From positions 608,001 through 672,000 of the forward strand of contig JBBCJC010000003.1 of NCBI GenBank assembly GCA_037189525.1: 64,000 nucleotides of DNA, written 5' to 3'. Below the pieces are notes generated by a model, which was not told the DNA's origin, made no database searches, and was given only the letters and a program-made list of their open reading frames with translations. Each line of letters begins with the position of its first letter. Within the stretch, counting starts at the first letter, position 1. This document shows positions 1 through 11,697 of the stretch, one piece after another. The position numbers and the translations under genes are program-made. The DNA is from Gemmatimonadales bacterium (GTDB lineage: Bacteria; Gemmatimonadota; Gemmatimonadetes; Gemmatimonadales; GWC2-71-9).

Positions 1-296
1 AGGAAAGCGCCGAGGGCTACTTCTTCTACGCCGAGCAGCTGCTGGATTCGGTCAACAACCTGCAGAGTCTCCACGTGTCGCTGGCGTCGCAGCGCGCCGG
101 CGAGGTGATGCGGGTCCTCACCGTCTTCTCGGCGTTTTTCCTTCCCCTGACGTTCATCGTGGGGATCTACGGGATGAACTTTCACTGGATGCCGGAGCTC
201 CAGCATCGGTGGGGGTACCCCGGGGTGCTGATCCTGATGGCCGGAGTCTGTGTTGCGATCGCGCTCTGGTTCCGGCGCCGGGGGTGGCTCGGATAG
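1..296 (+). CDS. corA: CorA-family Mg/Co transporter, C-terminal part (truncated by window edge)
   Basis: Ends LTVFSAFFLPLTFIVGIYGMNFHWMPEL...GYP: GMN and MPEL signatures and two TM helices; frame is open to the window start. Confidence 0.9.
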   Translation, partial: ESAEGYFFYAEQLLDSVNNLQSLHVSLASQRAGEVMRVLTVFSAFFLPLTFIVGIYGMNFHWMPELQHRWGYPGVLILMAGVCVAIALWFRRRGWLG

Positions 297-397
297 CCGT
301 TCCTGGTTCACATGCCACATGAAGTGAGCCGCGTAAGTTATTGTAGTGTTTGTGCTTGTTGTGTATCTGTTGACGGGATCGTTGCCTTTTGGTGAAT

Positions 398-406
398 TGT
401 TATTAT
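398..406 (+). promoter_or_regulatory. Candidate extended -10 promoter for ssrA
   Basis: TGtTATTAT in an AT-rich stretch 22 nt upstream of the mature tmRNA 5' end. Confidence 0.4.
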
Positions 407-428
407 CGTTGATCTGTTGGGCCCTTTC

Positions 429-791
429 GGGGGCGACTGGTTTCGACGGGTTAGTTGAAGGTGGAGACGCGTGTCCAGGTTCCAAGCACCTGGTAAAACC
501 CTTGGAAAACATTATCTGCCAACACTGAATTGGCGATGGCTGCCTAAGCTGAGCTAAGCTCGCTTACGCACCACCGGAGAAAGGAGCCCTGCCTGGGGCG
601 CCCCAACCCGGACCGAAAATCCAGGCTGGCCCGTAGCGACGCTCTCGCGATGCGGGTGAGATTCAGGAGAGCTCGGGTCGACGTAGGCTGGCCGGTAGCC
701 GGCGTCGGGCTAGGGTAAGAAGATCGGCCTACACACGTAGTGGCTCTGCTGGAAGCTGATTCGGACCAGGGTTCGATTCCCTGCGCCTCCA
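429..791 (+). ncRNA. ssrA: tmRNA (one-piece)
   Basis: 5' GGGGGCGAC..GGTTTCGACGGG; 3' T-arm CAGGGTTCGATTCCCTG then CGCCTCCA; acceptor stem with G3-U; pseudoknot 1 (CCAGGT/ACCTGG and TTCCAAG/CTTGGAA); tag frame 518-547 GCC AAC ACT GAA TTG GCG ATG GCT GCC TAA = ANTELAMAA*; CCA end not encoded. Confidence 0.97.
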
Positions 792-794
792 TGA

Positions 795-830
795 CCAAGC
801 GGTCGGCCGTGAATACGGCTGGCCGCTTGG
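795..830 (+). terminator. Hairpin after tmRNA
   Basis: CCAAGCGGTCGGCCGT-GAAT-ACGGCTGGCCGCTTGG, 16-bp stem with G-U pairs; weak U tract. Confidence 0.6.
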
Positions 831-998
831 GTCGTTTGAGCAGGAACGTTTAAGCAAGAAACTGGGGTCCGGCAGCAGACGGCGCCGAGGTCTCGGTTCG
901 TATTTGGGGGAAGATCGGAGAACGCGGTCCGCGCGCCCTTTGCTCAACCGCGCCTGGCTTCGCCAGGGCGGCTAGCCGGAATCAGGTCCAGGGCCCGA

Positions 999-2129
999 TC
1001 AGGCGCTCTGGAGGCGCCGAAAGGCCTCTTCGGCCAGGGCTAGTGCGGCTGCGGGAGTGGGGGCCACGCAGTTGAGGTGACCCATCTTCCGGCCCGGTCG
1101 AGGGGTCTTCTTGCCGTAGAGATGCAGGGTCACACCCGGCAACGCCAGGGCGCGATGCCAGAGCGGCGGACCATCGGACCAGAGGTCGCCAAGCAGATTG
1201 ATCATGGCGACCGGTGTGAGCAGTCGCGGGTCGCCCAAGGGCAGCCCGGCCAGGCAGCGCACCTGCTGCTCGAATTGGTCGGTGGCACAGGCGTCCATGG
1301 TATAGTGGCCCGAGTTGTGGGGCCGGGGCGCCAACTCGTTGACGAACAGTTGACCGCCCTCCGCTACGAACAGCTCGACGCCCATTACACCGACATATTC
1401 GAGTTCCGTCGCGACCCGGCGGGCGAGTTCGAGCGCCTGTGCCGTGAGCCGAGCGTCGATTGCAGCGGGAACGACCGTGGTGTGGAGGATGCCGTTCCGG
1501 TGCACGTTCTCACCGACCGGGAAGGATGCGACCGTACCATCGGTGCCGCGCGCCAGGACCACCGACACCTCGAGTTCGAGGGAGAGTCGCCGTTCGAGCA
1601 CGCAGGGCACTCGGCCGAACCGTTCGAACGCAGCCGCGGCGTCCTCGAACGAATCGACGACGGCCTGGCCTTTCCCGTCATAGCCCATCCGGCTGGTCTT
1701 GAGCAGGGCCGGCGCGCCAAGCCGTTCCCACGCTCCGGGCAGATCCGCGGCGACTTCGATCGATTCGAACGGGGCGGTCGCAATCCCGTTGGCGCGCAGA
1801 AACGACTTCTCGATCAGCCGATCCTGGCAGATCGCTACCGCCGTTCCGGACGGGCGACACTCGATCTGTTCTGCGAGCCAATCGAGCGTGGTCGCCGGTA
1901 CGTTTTCGAACTCGGTGGTCACGGCGGCGACCGATCGCACCAGCGATTCCAGCGCTTGGAGGTCGTCGTAGGGCGCGGCCAGGTGACGGGTGGCAACCGC
2001 CCCCGCAGGGCTGTCCGGATCGGGCTCGAGCACCACGACCTCGTACCCCATGTCGCGGGCCCGCTGCGTGAACATCCGCCCCAGCTGCCCTCCGCCCAGG
2101 AGGCCGAGGGTACTGCCGGGTGAAATCAT
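999..2129 (-). CDS. purK: N5-CAIR synthetase (ATP-grasp)
   Basis: GLLGGGQLGRM, TTEFEN, GYDGKGQ, NELAPRPHNSGH, RPGRKMGH; start reassigned to ATG 2129. Confidence 0.96.
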   Translation of the reverse strand: MISPGSTLGLLGGGQLGRMFTQRARDMGYEVVVLEPDPDSPAGAVATRHLAAPYDDLQALESLVRSVAAVTTEFENVPATTLDWLAEQIECRPSGTAVAICQDRLIEKSFLRANGIATAPFESIEVAADLPGAWERLGAPALLKTSRMGYDGKGQAVVDSFEDAAAAFERFGRVPCVLERRLSLELEVSVVLARGTDGTVASFPVGENVHRNGILHTTVVPAAIDARLTAQALELARRVATELEYVGVMGVELFVAEGGQLFVNELAPRPHNSGHYTMDACATDQFEQQVRCLAGLPLGDPRLLTPVAMINLLGDLWSDGPPLWHRALALPGVTLHLYGKKTPRPGRKMGHLNCVAPTPAAALALAEEAFRRLQSA

Positions 2130-2139
2130 TCGGACAAAA

Positions 2140-2631
2140 TCATTCGGGTGGAAGCGTCGCGGCGAGGACGGTGGCCGTCTGCTTGGCACGGAAGGCCTCG
2201 AGACGCTCTGCCAGTGCCGGATCATGACGGGCCAGGATCGCCACGGCGTAGAGTCCGGCGTTATGGGCGCCGGCTTCGCCGATCGCGAAGGTTGCGACCG
2301 GCACGCCCGCGGGCATCTGGACGATCGAGAGCAGGGAATCGAGTCCCTTGAGGTGCCGGCTCGGTACCGGCACGCCCAGGATGGGAACGGTCGTTTTGGA
2401 GGCGAGCATCCCCGGCAGGTGCGCAGCGCCACCCGCGCCCGCAATGATGCAGGCCAGCCCGCGCGCGGCGGCCGACTCGGCGTACTCGAACAGAAGATCC
2501 GGCGTTCGATGCGCCGAGACGACCCGGGTCTCGTGGGGCACGGCAAACTCGGTCAGCCGCGCCGCGGCGTGCCGCATCACCTCCCAGTCGGAGGTGGAGC
2601 CCATCACGACGCCGACCAGGGGAGCTGTCAT
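2140..2631 (-). CDS. purE: N5-CAIR mutase
   Basis: [34 protein letters not shown]. Confidence 0.97.
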   Translation of the reverse strand: MTAPLVGVVMGSTSDWEVMRHAAARLTEFAVPHETRVVSAHRTPDLLFEYAESAAARGLACIIAGAGGAAHLPGMLASKTTVPILGVPVPSRHLKGLDSLLSIVQMPAGVPVATFAIGEAGAHNAGLYAVAILARHDPALAERLEAFRAKQTATVLAATLPPE

Positions 2632-2632
2632 C

Positions 2633-5296
2633 TCAGAGAGTGCCTCGGGTCCGGTCCATGGTGCCGCGTTCGGCCAGCGCAGCCTGCGCCGCTGCCAGCC
2701 GCGCAATCGGCACGCGATAGGGTGAGCAGGAAACGTAGTTCATTTTCTGCTTCTCGCAGAAAGCGACCGCATTCGGTTCGCCGCCGTGCTCACCGCAGAT
2801 GCCGACTTTGAGATCCTGACGGGTCTTCCGGCCCAGTTCCACGGCCATCGAGAGCAGGCGGCCGACCCCGACGGTGTCGAGTTCCTGGAATGGGTCGAAC
2901 TCGATGATGTTGCGCTCGAGGTATGCCGGCAGGAAGTAGCCCGAGTCGTCGCGCGACAGGCCCCAGGTCGTCTGGGTCAGGTCGTTGGTGCCGAACGAGA
3001 AGAACTGCGCTTCGCGCGCAATCTCGTCGGCGGTCAGCGCGGCGCGGGGCAGCTCGATCATGGTGCCCAGCAAGTAGGGCACCGTGATCTGCCGCTCCCG
3101 GAAGACCTCTTCGGCCACCTGGCGGACAATGAGCGCCTGTTTCCGGAACTCGACCACGTGCGCCACCAGCGGAATCATCACTTCCGGCTGAACCCGGCCT
3201 TTCCGTTCGGCAACCGTGCAGGCCGCTTCGAAGATGGCCCGGGCCTGCATGGCCGTGATTTCGGGGTACATGATGCCCAGCCGGCAGCCGCGCAGGCCGA
3301 GCATCGGGTTGACCTCGTGCATCGAGTCGATGATGCGCTGGACGTCCTTGACCGACTTCCCGATCTCCTTGGCCAGATCGGCCAGTTCGCTCGCGTCGTG
3401 CGGCAGGAACTCGTGGAGCGGCGGGTCGAGCAGCCGGATGGTGACCGGGTAGCCTTCCATGGCGCGGAAGATGCCCTCGAAATCCGCGCGCTGCATCGGC
3501 AGCAGCTTGGCAAGCGCTTTCTTCCGTCCGATCTCGTCCTCGGCGAGGATCATTTCCCGCATGCTCGTCAGGCGGTCGCCTTCGAAGAACATGTGCTCGG
3601 TCCGGCAGAGCCCGATGCCCTCGGCGCCGAAGTCGCGGCCCCGGTGCGTATCGGCCGGGGTGTCGGCATTGACGCGGACGCGCAGGTGCCGCATCCGGTC
3701 GGCCCATACCATCAGCCGGTTGAAATGCTCATCGAGTACCGGCGTGACCAGTTGCGCCTGGCCGGCGTAGACCCGGCCGGTGCTGCCGTCGACGGAGATC
3801 CAGTCGCCCGCCGCAATCGAGCGCCCGTTGACGCGGAACAATGCCTCGGGTTCATCGACATCGATGTCCTGGGCGCCCGCAACGCACGGGGTGCCCATGC
3901 CGCGCGCCACGACGGCCGCGTGCGAGGTCATACCGCCGCGTGCCGTCAGAATCGCCTTGGCGGCGACCATGCCGTGGAAATCCTCCGGACTGGTCTCGCG
4001 CCGGACCAGGATGACCGGGCCCTTCTTGCTCAGCTCGGCCGCGACGTCCGCGTCGAAAACCACGGTGCCGCTTGCTGCGCCTGGAGATGCGGGCAAGCCG
4101 GTGGTGAGCAAGTCCAGCTGGGCAGTCGGATCGATGGTCGGATGCAGCAGCTGGTTCAGGTCGTTGGGAGGAATGCGGGCAACGGCTTCCTCTTCGCTGA
4201 TCGACCCCTCGTCGACCATCTCCACCGCGATCCGGACGGCGGCCTGACCGGATCGCTGGCCGCGCCTGGTCTGCAGCATGTAGAGCCGGCCGCGCTCGAT
4301 GGTGAACTCGAGGTCCTGGACGTCGCGGAAATGACGCTCCAGCGTTCGGGCGACCCGTTCGAGTTCGCCGTACGCGTGCGGCATCTGATCCTTCAGCTCG
4401 GCAATCGGGGCCGGCGTGCGGGCGCCCGAGACGACATCCTCACCCTGCGCATTGAGCAGGAACTCGCCGTAGAGCGTATGCTCACCAGTCGAAGGATTGC
4501 GGGTAAAGGCTACCCCGGTGCCGGAGTCTTCGCCCATGTTGCCGAAAACCATCGCGACCACGTTGACCGCCGTGCCCATGCTGTCCGGGATGTCGTGCAG
4601 CTTCCGGTAGTCGATGGCGCGTCGGGTATTCCAGCTTTCGAAGACGGCCTCGATGGCGCCCCAGAGCTGATCAACCGGTTCCTCGGGAAATGGCTTATTG
4701 GTTTCGCGCTCGATCAGCTCTTTGAACTCGACCACCGTGGCGCGCAGTTCGTCGATCGGCATGTCGATGTCGCGGGCCACGCCGAGCCGGTGCTTGCGCG
4801 CTTCGAGGCGCTCCTCGAAGAGCTTCTTGGGCAGGTCGAAGACGACCGCGCCGAACATCTGGACGAACCGCCGGTAGGAATCCCAGGCAAAGTGGGGGTT
4901 GCCGCTCAACCGCTCGAGCCCGGCGACCGTGGTGTCGTTGAGGCCCAGGTTGAGGATGGTTTCCATCATGCCCGGCATCGACAGGGCAGCCCCCGACCGG
5001 ACCGAGACCAGGAGGGGATTGTCCACCCCCCCGAACTGCTTGCCGGTGGCGGCCTCCAACCGTTGCAGCCCTGCCTCAACCTGGGTGCGGAGCCGCGGCG
5101 GGAACTGCCGCATGCCGAGGTAGGTGCCGCAGACGGTCGAGGCGATCGTAAACCCCGGCGGGACCGGGATGCCCAGGTTGGTCATCTCGGCCAGGCCGGC
5201 GCCCTTCCCACCGAGCGTCTCCTTCATGGCCGCTGTGCCGTCCGCGCGGCCCTGCCCGAAGAAGTAGACCAGCGGTTGGGTCAGGTGATCCGTCAT
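2633..5296 (-). CDS. ppdK: Pyruvate, phosphate dikinase
   Basis: [36 protein letters not shown] (phospho-His), [20 protein letters not shown] 5296 overlaps purF stop. Confidence 0.97.
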   Translation of the reverse strand: MTDHLTQPLVYFFGQGRADGTAAMKETLGGKGAGLAEMTNLGIPVPPGFTIASTVCGTYLGMRQFPPRLRTQVEAGLQRLEAATGKQFGGVDNPLLVSVRSGAALSMPGMMETILNLGLNDTTVAGLERLSGNPHFAWDSYRRFVQMFGAVVFDLPKKLFEERLEARKHRLGVARDIDMPIDELRATVVEFKELIERETNKPFPEEPVDQLWGAIEAVFESWNTRRAIDYRKLHDIPDSMGTAVNVVAMVFGNMGEDSGTGVAFTRNPSTGEHTLYGEFLLNAQGEDVVSGARTPAPIAELKDQMPHAYGELERVARTLERHFRDVQDLEFTIERGRLYMLQTRRGQRSGQAAVRIAVEMVDEGSISEEEAVARIPPNDLNQLLHPTIDPTAQLDLLTTGLPASPGAASGTVVFDADVAAELSKKGPVILVRRETSPEDFHGMVAAKAILTARGGMTSHAAVVARGMGTPCVAGAQDIDVDEPEALFRVNGRSIAAGDWISVDGSTGRVYAGQAQLVTPVLDEHFNRLMVWADRMRHLRVRVNADTPADTHRGRDFGAEGIGLCRTEHMFFEGDRLTSMREMILAEDEIGRKKALAKLLPMQRADFEGIFRAMEGYPVTIRLLDPPLHEFLPHDASELADLAKEIGKSVKDVQRIIDSMHEVNPMLGLRGCRLGIMYPEITAMQARAIFEAACTVAERKGRVQPEVMIPLVAHVVEFRKQALIVRQVAEEVFRERQITVPYLLGTMIELPRAALTADEIAREAQFFSFGTNDLTQTTWGLSRDDSGYFLPAYLERNIIEFDPFQELDTVGVGRLLSMAVELGRKTRQDLKVGICGEHGGEPNAVAFCEKQKMNYVSCSPYRVPIARLAAAQAALAERGTMDRTRGTL

Positions 5297-6690
5297 GCCG
5301 TGCTCCCAGCGAGGGTTTGGGGTCGCCCGAGCTGCATCAGCTCGTCGGCCACGTCTACCAGGTAGTGGCCCGAAAAGCAGGCGTGGCAAAAGCTGTTCCG
5401 CGCCCCGCCGGCCTTGATCATCCCGTCCAGGGAGAGGTATCCCAGGGAGTCGACCCCGAGGTAATCCCGAATCTCGGCCAGGGAATGGTTGGCGGCGATC
5501 AGCTCCGCCCGGTTCGGCGTGTCGATCCCGTAATGGCACGGCCCGGTAATGGGCGGCGACCCGAGCCGGAGGTGGACTTCCCGGGCGCCCGCCGCCCGGA
5601 TCATCGATACCAGGCCCTTGCTGGTGGTGCCGCGCACCAGGCTGTCGTCGACCACCACCACCGAGCGGCCTTCGATGACGTGGCGTACCGGGTTGAACTT
5701 GATCTTGACCTTGGCCACCCGGAGGGCCTGGGTCGGGTTGATGAAGGTCCGGCCGATGTAATGGTTCCGGATCAGCCCGTGCTCAAGCTTGAGCCCTGAT
5801 TGGTCCGCATAGCCCAGCGCCATCATGTTGGCACTGTCGGGTACACTGAAGACGACGTCGGCATCGGGCACCGGATGCTCGATGGCCAGCTGGCGGCCGA
5901 TTTCTCGGCGGACCCGGTCGACCGACTCGCCGAAGACGGTGCTGTCCGGCCGGGCAAAGTAGACCAGTTCGAAGACGCATCGCTGCGCAATCGGTGCTCG
6001 GCCGATCGGCGCGAGATCGCGCACCATGCCGTCGTCGATTTCGACGAAATCGCCGGGTGTGAGTTCACGCTCCAGGGTCGCGCCGACCAGATCGAGTGCG
6101 CAGGTTTCGGAAGCCGCGACGACGCCCTGGCCCAGCCGGCCGAGCACCAGCGGCCGAAATCCGTGGGGATCGACGGCGCAGTACAGGGTGCGCCCGACGG
6201 CGATGACCAGACTGAACGCCCCTTCGACTCGGGACAGCGCTTCGCGGATCCGGCCTTCGACCGTCGGAGCGCGCGAGCGGGCGATCAGGTGGACGATGAC
6301 TTCGGAATCCGATGACGTCTGGAAGATGGCGCCCTGGGCCACCAGTTCCTGCTTGATCGTCATCGCGTTGGTGAGGTTGCCATTGTGCGCCAGCGCGAGC
6401 GGCCCGCCCTGGATATCGGCCAGGCAGGGCTGCGCATTGGCCAGGACCGACGAGCCGGCCGTGGAGTAACGGGTGTGCCCGACGGCCACCGATCCGTCGA
6501 GCGACCGGAAGTCGCCCTCACGGAAGATGTCGCCGACCAGGCCCATTCCGCGGACCGCGTGCGGGGTGCCGTCGTCGTCCACGGTGACGATCCCGGCGCT
6601 CTCCTGCCCGCGGTGCTGGAGGGCATAGAGGCCGAGATACGCTGCCCGAGACGCATCAGGCAGGTTGGAGACACCGATCACACCGCACAT
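5293..6690 (-). CDS. purF: Amidophosphoribosyltransferase
   Basis: MCG Ntn N-terminus, LQHRGQESAG, GHTRYST, VDDSLVRGTT, Fe-S cysteines CHYGID and CHAC. Confidence 0.97.
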   Translation of the reverse strand: MCGVIGVSNLPDASRAAYLGLYALQHRGQESAGIVTVDDDGTPHAVRGMGLVGDIFREGDFRSLDGSVAVGHTRYSTAGSSVLANAQPCLADIQGGPLALAHNGNLTNAMTIKQELVAQGAIFQTSSDSEVIVHLIARSRAPTVEGRIREALSRVEGAFSLVIAVGRTLYCAVDPHGFRPLVLGRLGQGVVAASETCALDLVGATLERELTPGDFVEIDDGMVRDLAPIGRAPIAQRCVFELVYFARPDSTVFGESVDRVRREIGRQLAIEHPVPDADVVFSVPDSANMMALGYADQSGLKLEHGLIRNHYIGRTFINPTQALRVAKVKIKFNPVRHVIEGRSVVVVDDSLVRGTTSKGLVSMIRAAGAREVHLRLGSPPITGPCHYGIDTPNRAELIAANHSLAEIRDYLGVDSLGYLSLDGMIKAGGARNSFCHACFSGHYLVDVADELMQLGRPQTLAGSTA

Positions 6691-6693
6691 GGT

Positions 6694-8967
6694 TCAGGCC
6701 GCCATTCGTCGAGGAATTGCATCAAAGTAGGTCCGCCGCAGTTCGACCGTCTGCCAGGTGTGCAGCGCGGTCCCGACCGTAATGCGGAGTTCGGCATTGG
6801 GGTCGGTGACCGTACCGGCCACGGTGAAGGGCACGCCATGCGCAGCTGCCAGGTCGCGCACGGCCTCCACACTGGCCGGGTCGAACGATACCACGGCCCG
6901 GGCGCCGTCTTCTCCGTAGAAGAACGCTGCCGGGTCCATGCCATCCGGGACGGCAAACTGGACGCCGGCACCGAGGGTGTGGCGGGCGTAGGGGTCGCCG
7001 ATGCACGCTTCGGCCAGGGCGACGGCCAGGCCGCCATCCGACAAGTCATGCGCCGAGCGGAGCAGGCCCTGCTGGGCCGCGGCGACCAGGAAGCGCTGCA
7101 GTCGGACTTCCGCGTCCAGATTGCAGGGCGGCGGCGGTCCTCCCAGGAAATCGCGGACGATCCACCAGTACATCGATCCGCCGAGATGCCCGGTGGTGTC
7201 GCCGAGCAGCGCGATCAGGTCGCCGGGGTTTCGGAAGCTGCTCGGGACCCGGTTGGTGACATCCTCGAGCAGGCCGACCATGCCCACGGTCGGGGTCGGG
7301 TCGATCGCGCCGGTCGGATTCTCGTTGTAGAGCGAGACGTTGCCGCCGGTGACCGGAGTTCCGAATGCCAAGCAGGCGTCGCCCATGCCGCGGACGGCTT
7401 CGCGAAACTGGAAGAACACCTCCGGCTTGTCGGGGTTGCCGAAGTTGAGGCAGTTGGTGATCCCGAGCGGTACGGCGCCGGTGCAGGCGACATTTCGGGC
7501 CGCCTCCGCCACCGTCATCTTGCCGCCTTCGTACGGATCGAGCACCACATAGCGGTTGGGGCAGTCGACCGAGACCGCCAGGCCGAACTTGGCGTCCTCG
7601 ACCATCAGGACGCCGGCATCGCCGCCCGGGCCGAGCACGGTGTTGGCCTGGACCGTCGAGTCGTACTGTTCGTAGACCCAGCGCTTGCTGGCGATGGTCG
7701 GATCGTCGAGCAGGCGGGGCAGGGCGTCGGTCGCATCGACCACCGGCGCTGCCGTCGGCGTGGCTGCGCGCCGAGCGATGGCCTCGGGAGCCTCCAGGGC
7801 CTCGGGATGGTAGATCGGAACGCCGTTGACGAGGCGTTCACCCGGAATCGCAGCGACCGTAACACCGTCGTGCACCACGCGGAACAGACCGTCATCGGTG
7901 ACCTGGCCGATCGGGGTCCCGACCAGCTCCCACTTGGCGCAGATGGCCTGCACCTCGGCCACCCGGTGCGGCTCGACCACTACGAGCATCCGTTCCTGCG
8001 ATTCGGAGAGCAGGATTTCGTAGGGCGTCATCCCGGGTTCACGGAGCGGAACCTTGCTGGTGTCGAGTTCGACCCCGACTCCGCCGCGCGCCGCCATTTC
8101 GGCCGATGAACTGGTCAGGCCGGCCGCGCCCATGTCTTGAATCGCGACGATGGTGCCCGAGGTGATCAGTTCGAGGCTGGCTTCGAGGAGCAGCTTCTCG
8201 GTGAAGGGGTCACCCACCTGAACCTGAGGACGACGCGCTTCGCTGGCTGCGGAGAGATCCTCCGATGCGAAGCTGGCGCCGTGGATGCCGTCGCGTCCGG
8301 TCCGGGCGCCGACATTCATCAGGATGTTGCCGACACCATGCGCTCGCGCCCGAATCAGGTCTTTGGCCCGGAGAATGCCGACGCACATGGCATTGACCAG
8401 CGGGTTCCCGGCGTAGCCCGGCGCGAAGGTGACTTCGCCGCCCAGCGTCGGGACGCCGACGCAGTTGCCGTAGTCGCCGACGCCCTTGACCACGCCGCCG
8501 AAGAGGTAGCGGTTCCTCGCGTCGTCGAGCGTCCCGAAGCGGAGGCTGTTGAGCACCGCAATCGGGCGGGCGCCCATGGTAAAGACGTCACGCAGGATGC
8601 CACCTACGCCGGTAGCCGCGCCCTGATACGGTTCGACGGCCGACGGGTGATTGTGCGATTCGATCTTGAAGGCTACGGCCCAGCCGTCGGGCAGTTCCAG
8701 CACGCCGGCATTCTCACCGGGACCCTGGAGGACCTGCGGCCCCTCGGTCGGAAAGGTCTTGAGCACCGGTCGGGTGTGCTTGTAGGAACAATGCTCCGAC
8801 CAGAGCGCGCTGAAGACGCCGAGCTCGGTCAGCGTGGGCGTCCGACCGAGGATATCGAGAATGACCTCGTACTCCTGCTCGGTGAGTTTGTGCTCCCGGA
8901 CCAGGGCGTCGGTGACAGCGGGTTCTCCGGCAAACGGACTGGCGGCAACGGCGCGGGCCATGGTCAC
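6694..8967 (-). CDS. purL: FGAM synthase subunit PurL (small type)
   Basis: [46 protein letters not shown]. Confidence 0.97.
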   Translation of the reverse strand: MTMARAVAASPFAGEPAVTDALVREHKLTEQEYEVILDILGRTPTLTELGVFSALWSEHCSYKHTRPVLKTFPTEGPQVLQGPGENAGVLELPDGWAVAFKIESHNHPSAVEPYQGAATGVGGILRDVFTMGARPIAVLNSLRFGTLDDARNRYLFGGVVKGVGDYGNCVGVPTLGGEVTFAPGYAGNPLVNAMCVGILRAKDLIRARAHGVGNILMNVGARTGRDGIHGASFASEDLSAASEARRPQVQVGDPFTEKLLLEASLELITSGTIVAIQDMGAAGLTSSSAEMAARGGVGVELDTSKVPLREPGMTPYEILLSESQERMLVVVEPHRVAEVQAICAKWELVGTPIGQVTDDGLFRVVHDGVTVAAIPGERLVNGVPIYHPEALEAPEAIARRAATPTAAPVVDATDALPRLLDDPTIASKRWVYEQYDSTVQANTVLGPGGDAGVLMVEDAKFGLAVSVDCPNRYVVLDPYEGGKMTVAEAARNVACTGAVPLGITNCLNFGNPDKPEVFFQFREAVRGMGDACLAFGTPVTGGNVSLYNENPTGAIDPTPTVGMVGLLEDVTNRVPSSFRNPGDLIALLGDTTGHLGGSMYWWIVRDFLGGPPPPCNLDAEVRLQRFLVAAAQQGLLRSAHDLSDGGLAVALAEACIGDPYARHTLGAGVQFAVPDGMDPAAFFYGEDGARAVVSFDPASVEAVRDLAAAHGVPFTVAGTVTDPNAELRITVGTALHTWQTVELRRTYFDAIPRRMAA

Positions 8968-9275
8968 GCTTTCTTACGATTCGAGAAGAGGCCGCCGAAG
9001 AAACGCCCGAAGTACCCGGGATCCTGCTGCTTGGCGAGCGTTTCGAGTTCACCGTCGTCGAGCCAGATTCCGTTACAGTCGGGGCAACGGTCGATTTCGA
9101 CGCCGCCGACGGCCTGGTGCTCCAGATGGCCGCCGTCTTTGGGACAGCGCATGTAGTGCGTCTTCCGCTCCGCCAGGTCGGCCTCTTTCTGCTGCGCGAG
9201 ACGCTGCGTTTCGAGCAACTCGGCATTCTGGCGAGCGAAGTATTCGTCTTCGTTCTGACTGGGCTTCTCGGTCAT
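8964..9275 (-). CDS. zf-TFIIB-like zinc-ribbon protein with N-terminal helix
   Basis: [22 protein letters not shown]; in operon, overlaps purL start. Confidence 0.8.
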   Translation of the reverse strand: MTEKPSQNEDEYFARQNAELLETQRLAQQKEADLAERKTHYMRCPKDGGHLEHQAVGGVEIDRCPDCNGIWLDDGELETLAKQQDPGYFGRFFGGLFSNRKKA

Positions 9276-9300
9276 CGGGAACCTCGCAAAAGGGCGGTGG

Positions 9301-10011
9301 TCAGGAGGAAGCCGGCGCGACCGAGGCTCGCGTCCAGCGCATGAGCGATGTAAAGGTGCGGCGCCCTGCCGAGCTGCCGAGCATGTCGTCGGCCAGGCGT
9401 TCGGGATGCGGCATCATGCCGACGACGGTGCCGCCGGGGCTCGAGATGGCCGCAATGTCGCGCACCGCTGCGTTGGGATTGGGATGCACGTCCGGCATGC
9501 CGGTCGCGACGTATCGCATCACGATTCGGCCGGTGGACTCGAGCTGGTCGAGCGTCTCTTCCGATGCAGTAAAGCGTCCGTCGCCGTGCCCGACCGGAAT
9601 CCGGATGATTTCACCCTGGCGGTAGTCGCCGGTAAACGGAGTGTCGGTTCGCTCGATCCGGACATCGACCGGGCGCGAGACGTAGCGCAAGCTTTCGTTC
9701 CGGACCAACCCGCCGGGCAGCAATCCTGCTTCGCACAGGATCTGGAACCCGTTGCAGATGCCGAGCACCGGCTTACCGTCCGCGGCGTGGCGCTCGACCG
9801 CCGCCATGATCGGGCTGAACCGCGCGATGGCGCCGGCCCGCAGGTAGTCGCCGTAGCTGAAGCCACCGGGGAGAATCACGGCGTCGGCATCCCGCAGATC
9901 GGTTTCGCGATGGAAGACGTAGAACGCCGTGCCGCCTTCGCGCTCGACCGCCCGGTACGCATCCGGCTCGCAGTTGCTGCCGGGAAACCGGAGAACCGCC
10001 ACCCGTGTCAT
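9301..10011 (-). CDS. purQ: FGAM synthase glutaminase subunit
   Basis: FPGSNC, PGGFSYGDYLRAG, GICNGFQ, MMPHPER. Confidence 0.97.
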   Translation of the reverse strand: MTRVAVLRFPGSNCEPDAYRAVEREGGTAFYVFHRETDLRDADAVILPGGFSYGDYLRAGAIARFSPIMAAVERHAADGKPVLGICNGFQILCEAGLLPGGLVRNESLRYVSRPVDVRIERTDTPFTGDYRQGEIIRIPVGHGDGRFTASEETLDQLESTGRIVMRYVATGMPDVHPNPNAAVRDIAAISSPGGTVVGMMPHPERLADDMLGSSAGRRTFTSLMRWTRASVAPASS

Positions 10012-10259
10012 CGCGCCGTCACCTCGATCTCGTACTCTTCCGTGACGGGGTTGGCGAGCAGCTTTTCACACATGGCAATCGCCGCGGTGCGCGCCGCACT
10101 CTCGTTGTCGGCTTGCAGGTCGAACGCGATGGCGCGGCCGACGTGGACGTTGCCCGCCTGGTCGAACTTGAGCGCGCGGAGCGCCGATTCGACGGCTTGG
10201 CCTTGCGGATCGAGCAGGCCACGGCGCGGCATGACACGGACAAAAACTCGGAAACTCAT
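10008..10259 (-). CDS. purS: FGAM synthase subunit PurS
   Basis: [21 protein letters not shown]. Confidence 0.96.
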   Translation of the reverse strand: MSFRVFVRVMPRRGLLDPQGQAVESALRALKFDQAGNVHVGRAIAFDLQADNESAARTAAIAMCEKLLANPVTEEYEIEVTAR

Positions 10260-11080
10260 CGTTCCTCCTCGGGAACGCGATCGACAGAAGAATGGTCACC
10301 GGCGGCCGCGGGGAGCTCGGCCGGTTGGCCGCGCTCGAGCAGATTCAGGACCATGTGGCGGACGATGCCGCCCAGCATATAGAAGATGCCCAGCAGAAAC
10401 AGGAACGAGCCGGGAGCCAGGATGGCGCCCCCGATGATCACGATATGGACCAGCAGGCCGGCAACGCCGGACCAGGTCCGCACCCCGATGCGCGGCCAGC
10501 GGGGATACTTGATGTTGCTCACCATCAGGGCCGCGAGCAGCAGGATCAGGACGGTCACCCCGATGTGCTGCGCATCCCGATCGGCGAATGTCGTCTGGTA
10601 CCAGGCCGTTTCGGTGAACAGGAAAAAGGTGGCCAGCGTCATCCCGGCCGCCGGCGATGGGATCCCGGTGAACCACGACGACGGCGCCCCGTGAGACATC
10701 ACGTTGTACCGGGCCAGCCGGAGTGCCGTCGCAACGACGTAGAGGTAGCAGACCACCCAGCCGAACTTGCCCGCCGTAGTGAACTCGAGAAAGTACATCA
10801 GCAGCGCCGGCGCGACCCCGAAGGACACCACGTCGACCAGCGAGTCCAGCTCGGCGCCGAATTTGGTTCCGGTGTTCGAGAGCCGGGCAATCCGGCCATC
10901 GACCATGTCGAGGATGCCGGCAAACACGATGAAGAATCCGGCCCACCGGAAGTTGCCGTTGAAGGCCATCACGATGGCCCAGAATCCGAAGAACAGATTG
11001 GCGAGCGTGAAGAAACTGGGAACGACGACGACGACGCGCCGAATTCCAGTCTGACGACGCGGCTCCGTCACGTCGGCCAT
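10256..11080 (-). CDS. pssA: CDP-diacylglycerol--serine O-phosphatidyltransferase
   Basis: DMVDGRIAR...[21 protein letters not shown]-alcohol phosphotransferase motif; adjacent to psd. Confidence 0.92.
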   Translation of the reverse strand: MADVTEPRRQTGIRRVVVVVPSFFTLANLFFGFWAIVMAFNGNFRWAGFFIVFAGILDMVDGRIARLSNTGTKFGAELDSLVDVVSFGVAPALLMYFLEFTTAGKFGWVVCYLYVVATALRLARYNVMSHGAPSSWFTGIPSPAAGMTLATFFLFTETAWYQTTFADRDAQHIGVTVLILLLAALMVSNIKYPRWPRIGVRTWSGVAGLLVHIVIIGGAILAPGSFLFLLGIFYMLGGIVRHMVLNLLERGQPAELPAAAGDHSSVDRVPEEER

Positions 11081-11697
11081 GTGGCAATCACCGTCTCGCC
11101 CGCTTTGGTGATATCCCCGGCCTTGACGCGGAGCGTGGCGCCAGGCGGGAGGAAGAGATCGACTCGCGAACCGAAACGGATCAGGCCGAGGCGATCACCT
11201 TGGGTTGCCTGATGACCGACCTGGTGATCGGTCACGATGCGGCGCGCGACCAGGCCGGCAATCTGGCGGATCAGCAGCTTGCCACGAGCGGTCAGCAATC
11301 CGATCGTCGCCTGCTCGTTGGCGGTGCTGGCCTTCTCCACGGCGGCGTTGAGGAACGCGCCTTCCGTGTAGCTGCGGAACTCGACGGTGCCGCTAGCCGG
11401 GTATCGGTTCACATGGACGTTGAACACGTTCATGAAGATGGCGACGCGGGTCGCCGGTCCGCCCAGATAGACGGGTTCGTCGATCGGAATGATGCTGACG
11501 ATCTTCCCGTCGGCGGGAGCCAAAACAAGTTCGTCGCCCCGAACCCGGTCACGGACCGGATCACGGAAGAACGCAATCACCCAGATCACGATCGGCAGCC
11601 AGATCAGCGCCGCAACCTGCCACCCCGCGGCCGCGAGCAGCACCAGGATTGCCGCGGCGATCAGGATGAACGGCCAGCCCTCCCGCGCAACTTTCAT
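11068..11697 (-). CDS. psd: Phosphatidylserine decarboxylase proenzyme (short type)
   Basis: [40 protein letters not shown] self-cleavage motif. Confidence 0.95.
   Translation of the reverse strand: MKVAREGWPFILIAAAILVLLAAAGWQVAALIWLPIVIWVIAFFRDPVRDRVRGDELVLAPADGKIVSIIPIDEPVYLGGPATRVAIFMNVFNVHVNRYPASGTVEFRSYTEGAFLNAAVEKASTANEQATIGLLTARGKLLIRQIAGLVARRIVTDHQVGHQATQGDRLGLIRFGSRVDLFLPPGATLRVKAGDITKAGETVIATWPT

Noticed and set aside
334..346. IHF-like site TAAGTTATTGTAG
   Set aside because: Partial consensus match in AT-rich promoter DNA; not distinguishable from chance
346..947. ORFs 346..528, 544..798 and 729..947
   Set aside because: They overlap the tmRNA and its promoter; shadow ORFs
770..1000. 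Integrative element at the tmRNA 3' end
   Set aside because: No integrase and no duplicated ssrA 3' end seen; purK follows directly
2786..5365. Long antisense ORFs (859 aa here; also 37950..40202, 43048..45246, 27849..29999, 46023..47882 and others)
   Set aside because: They mirror real genes on the opposite strand, as expected in high-GC DNA, and have no recognisable motifs
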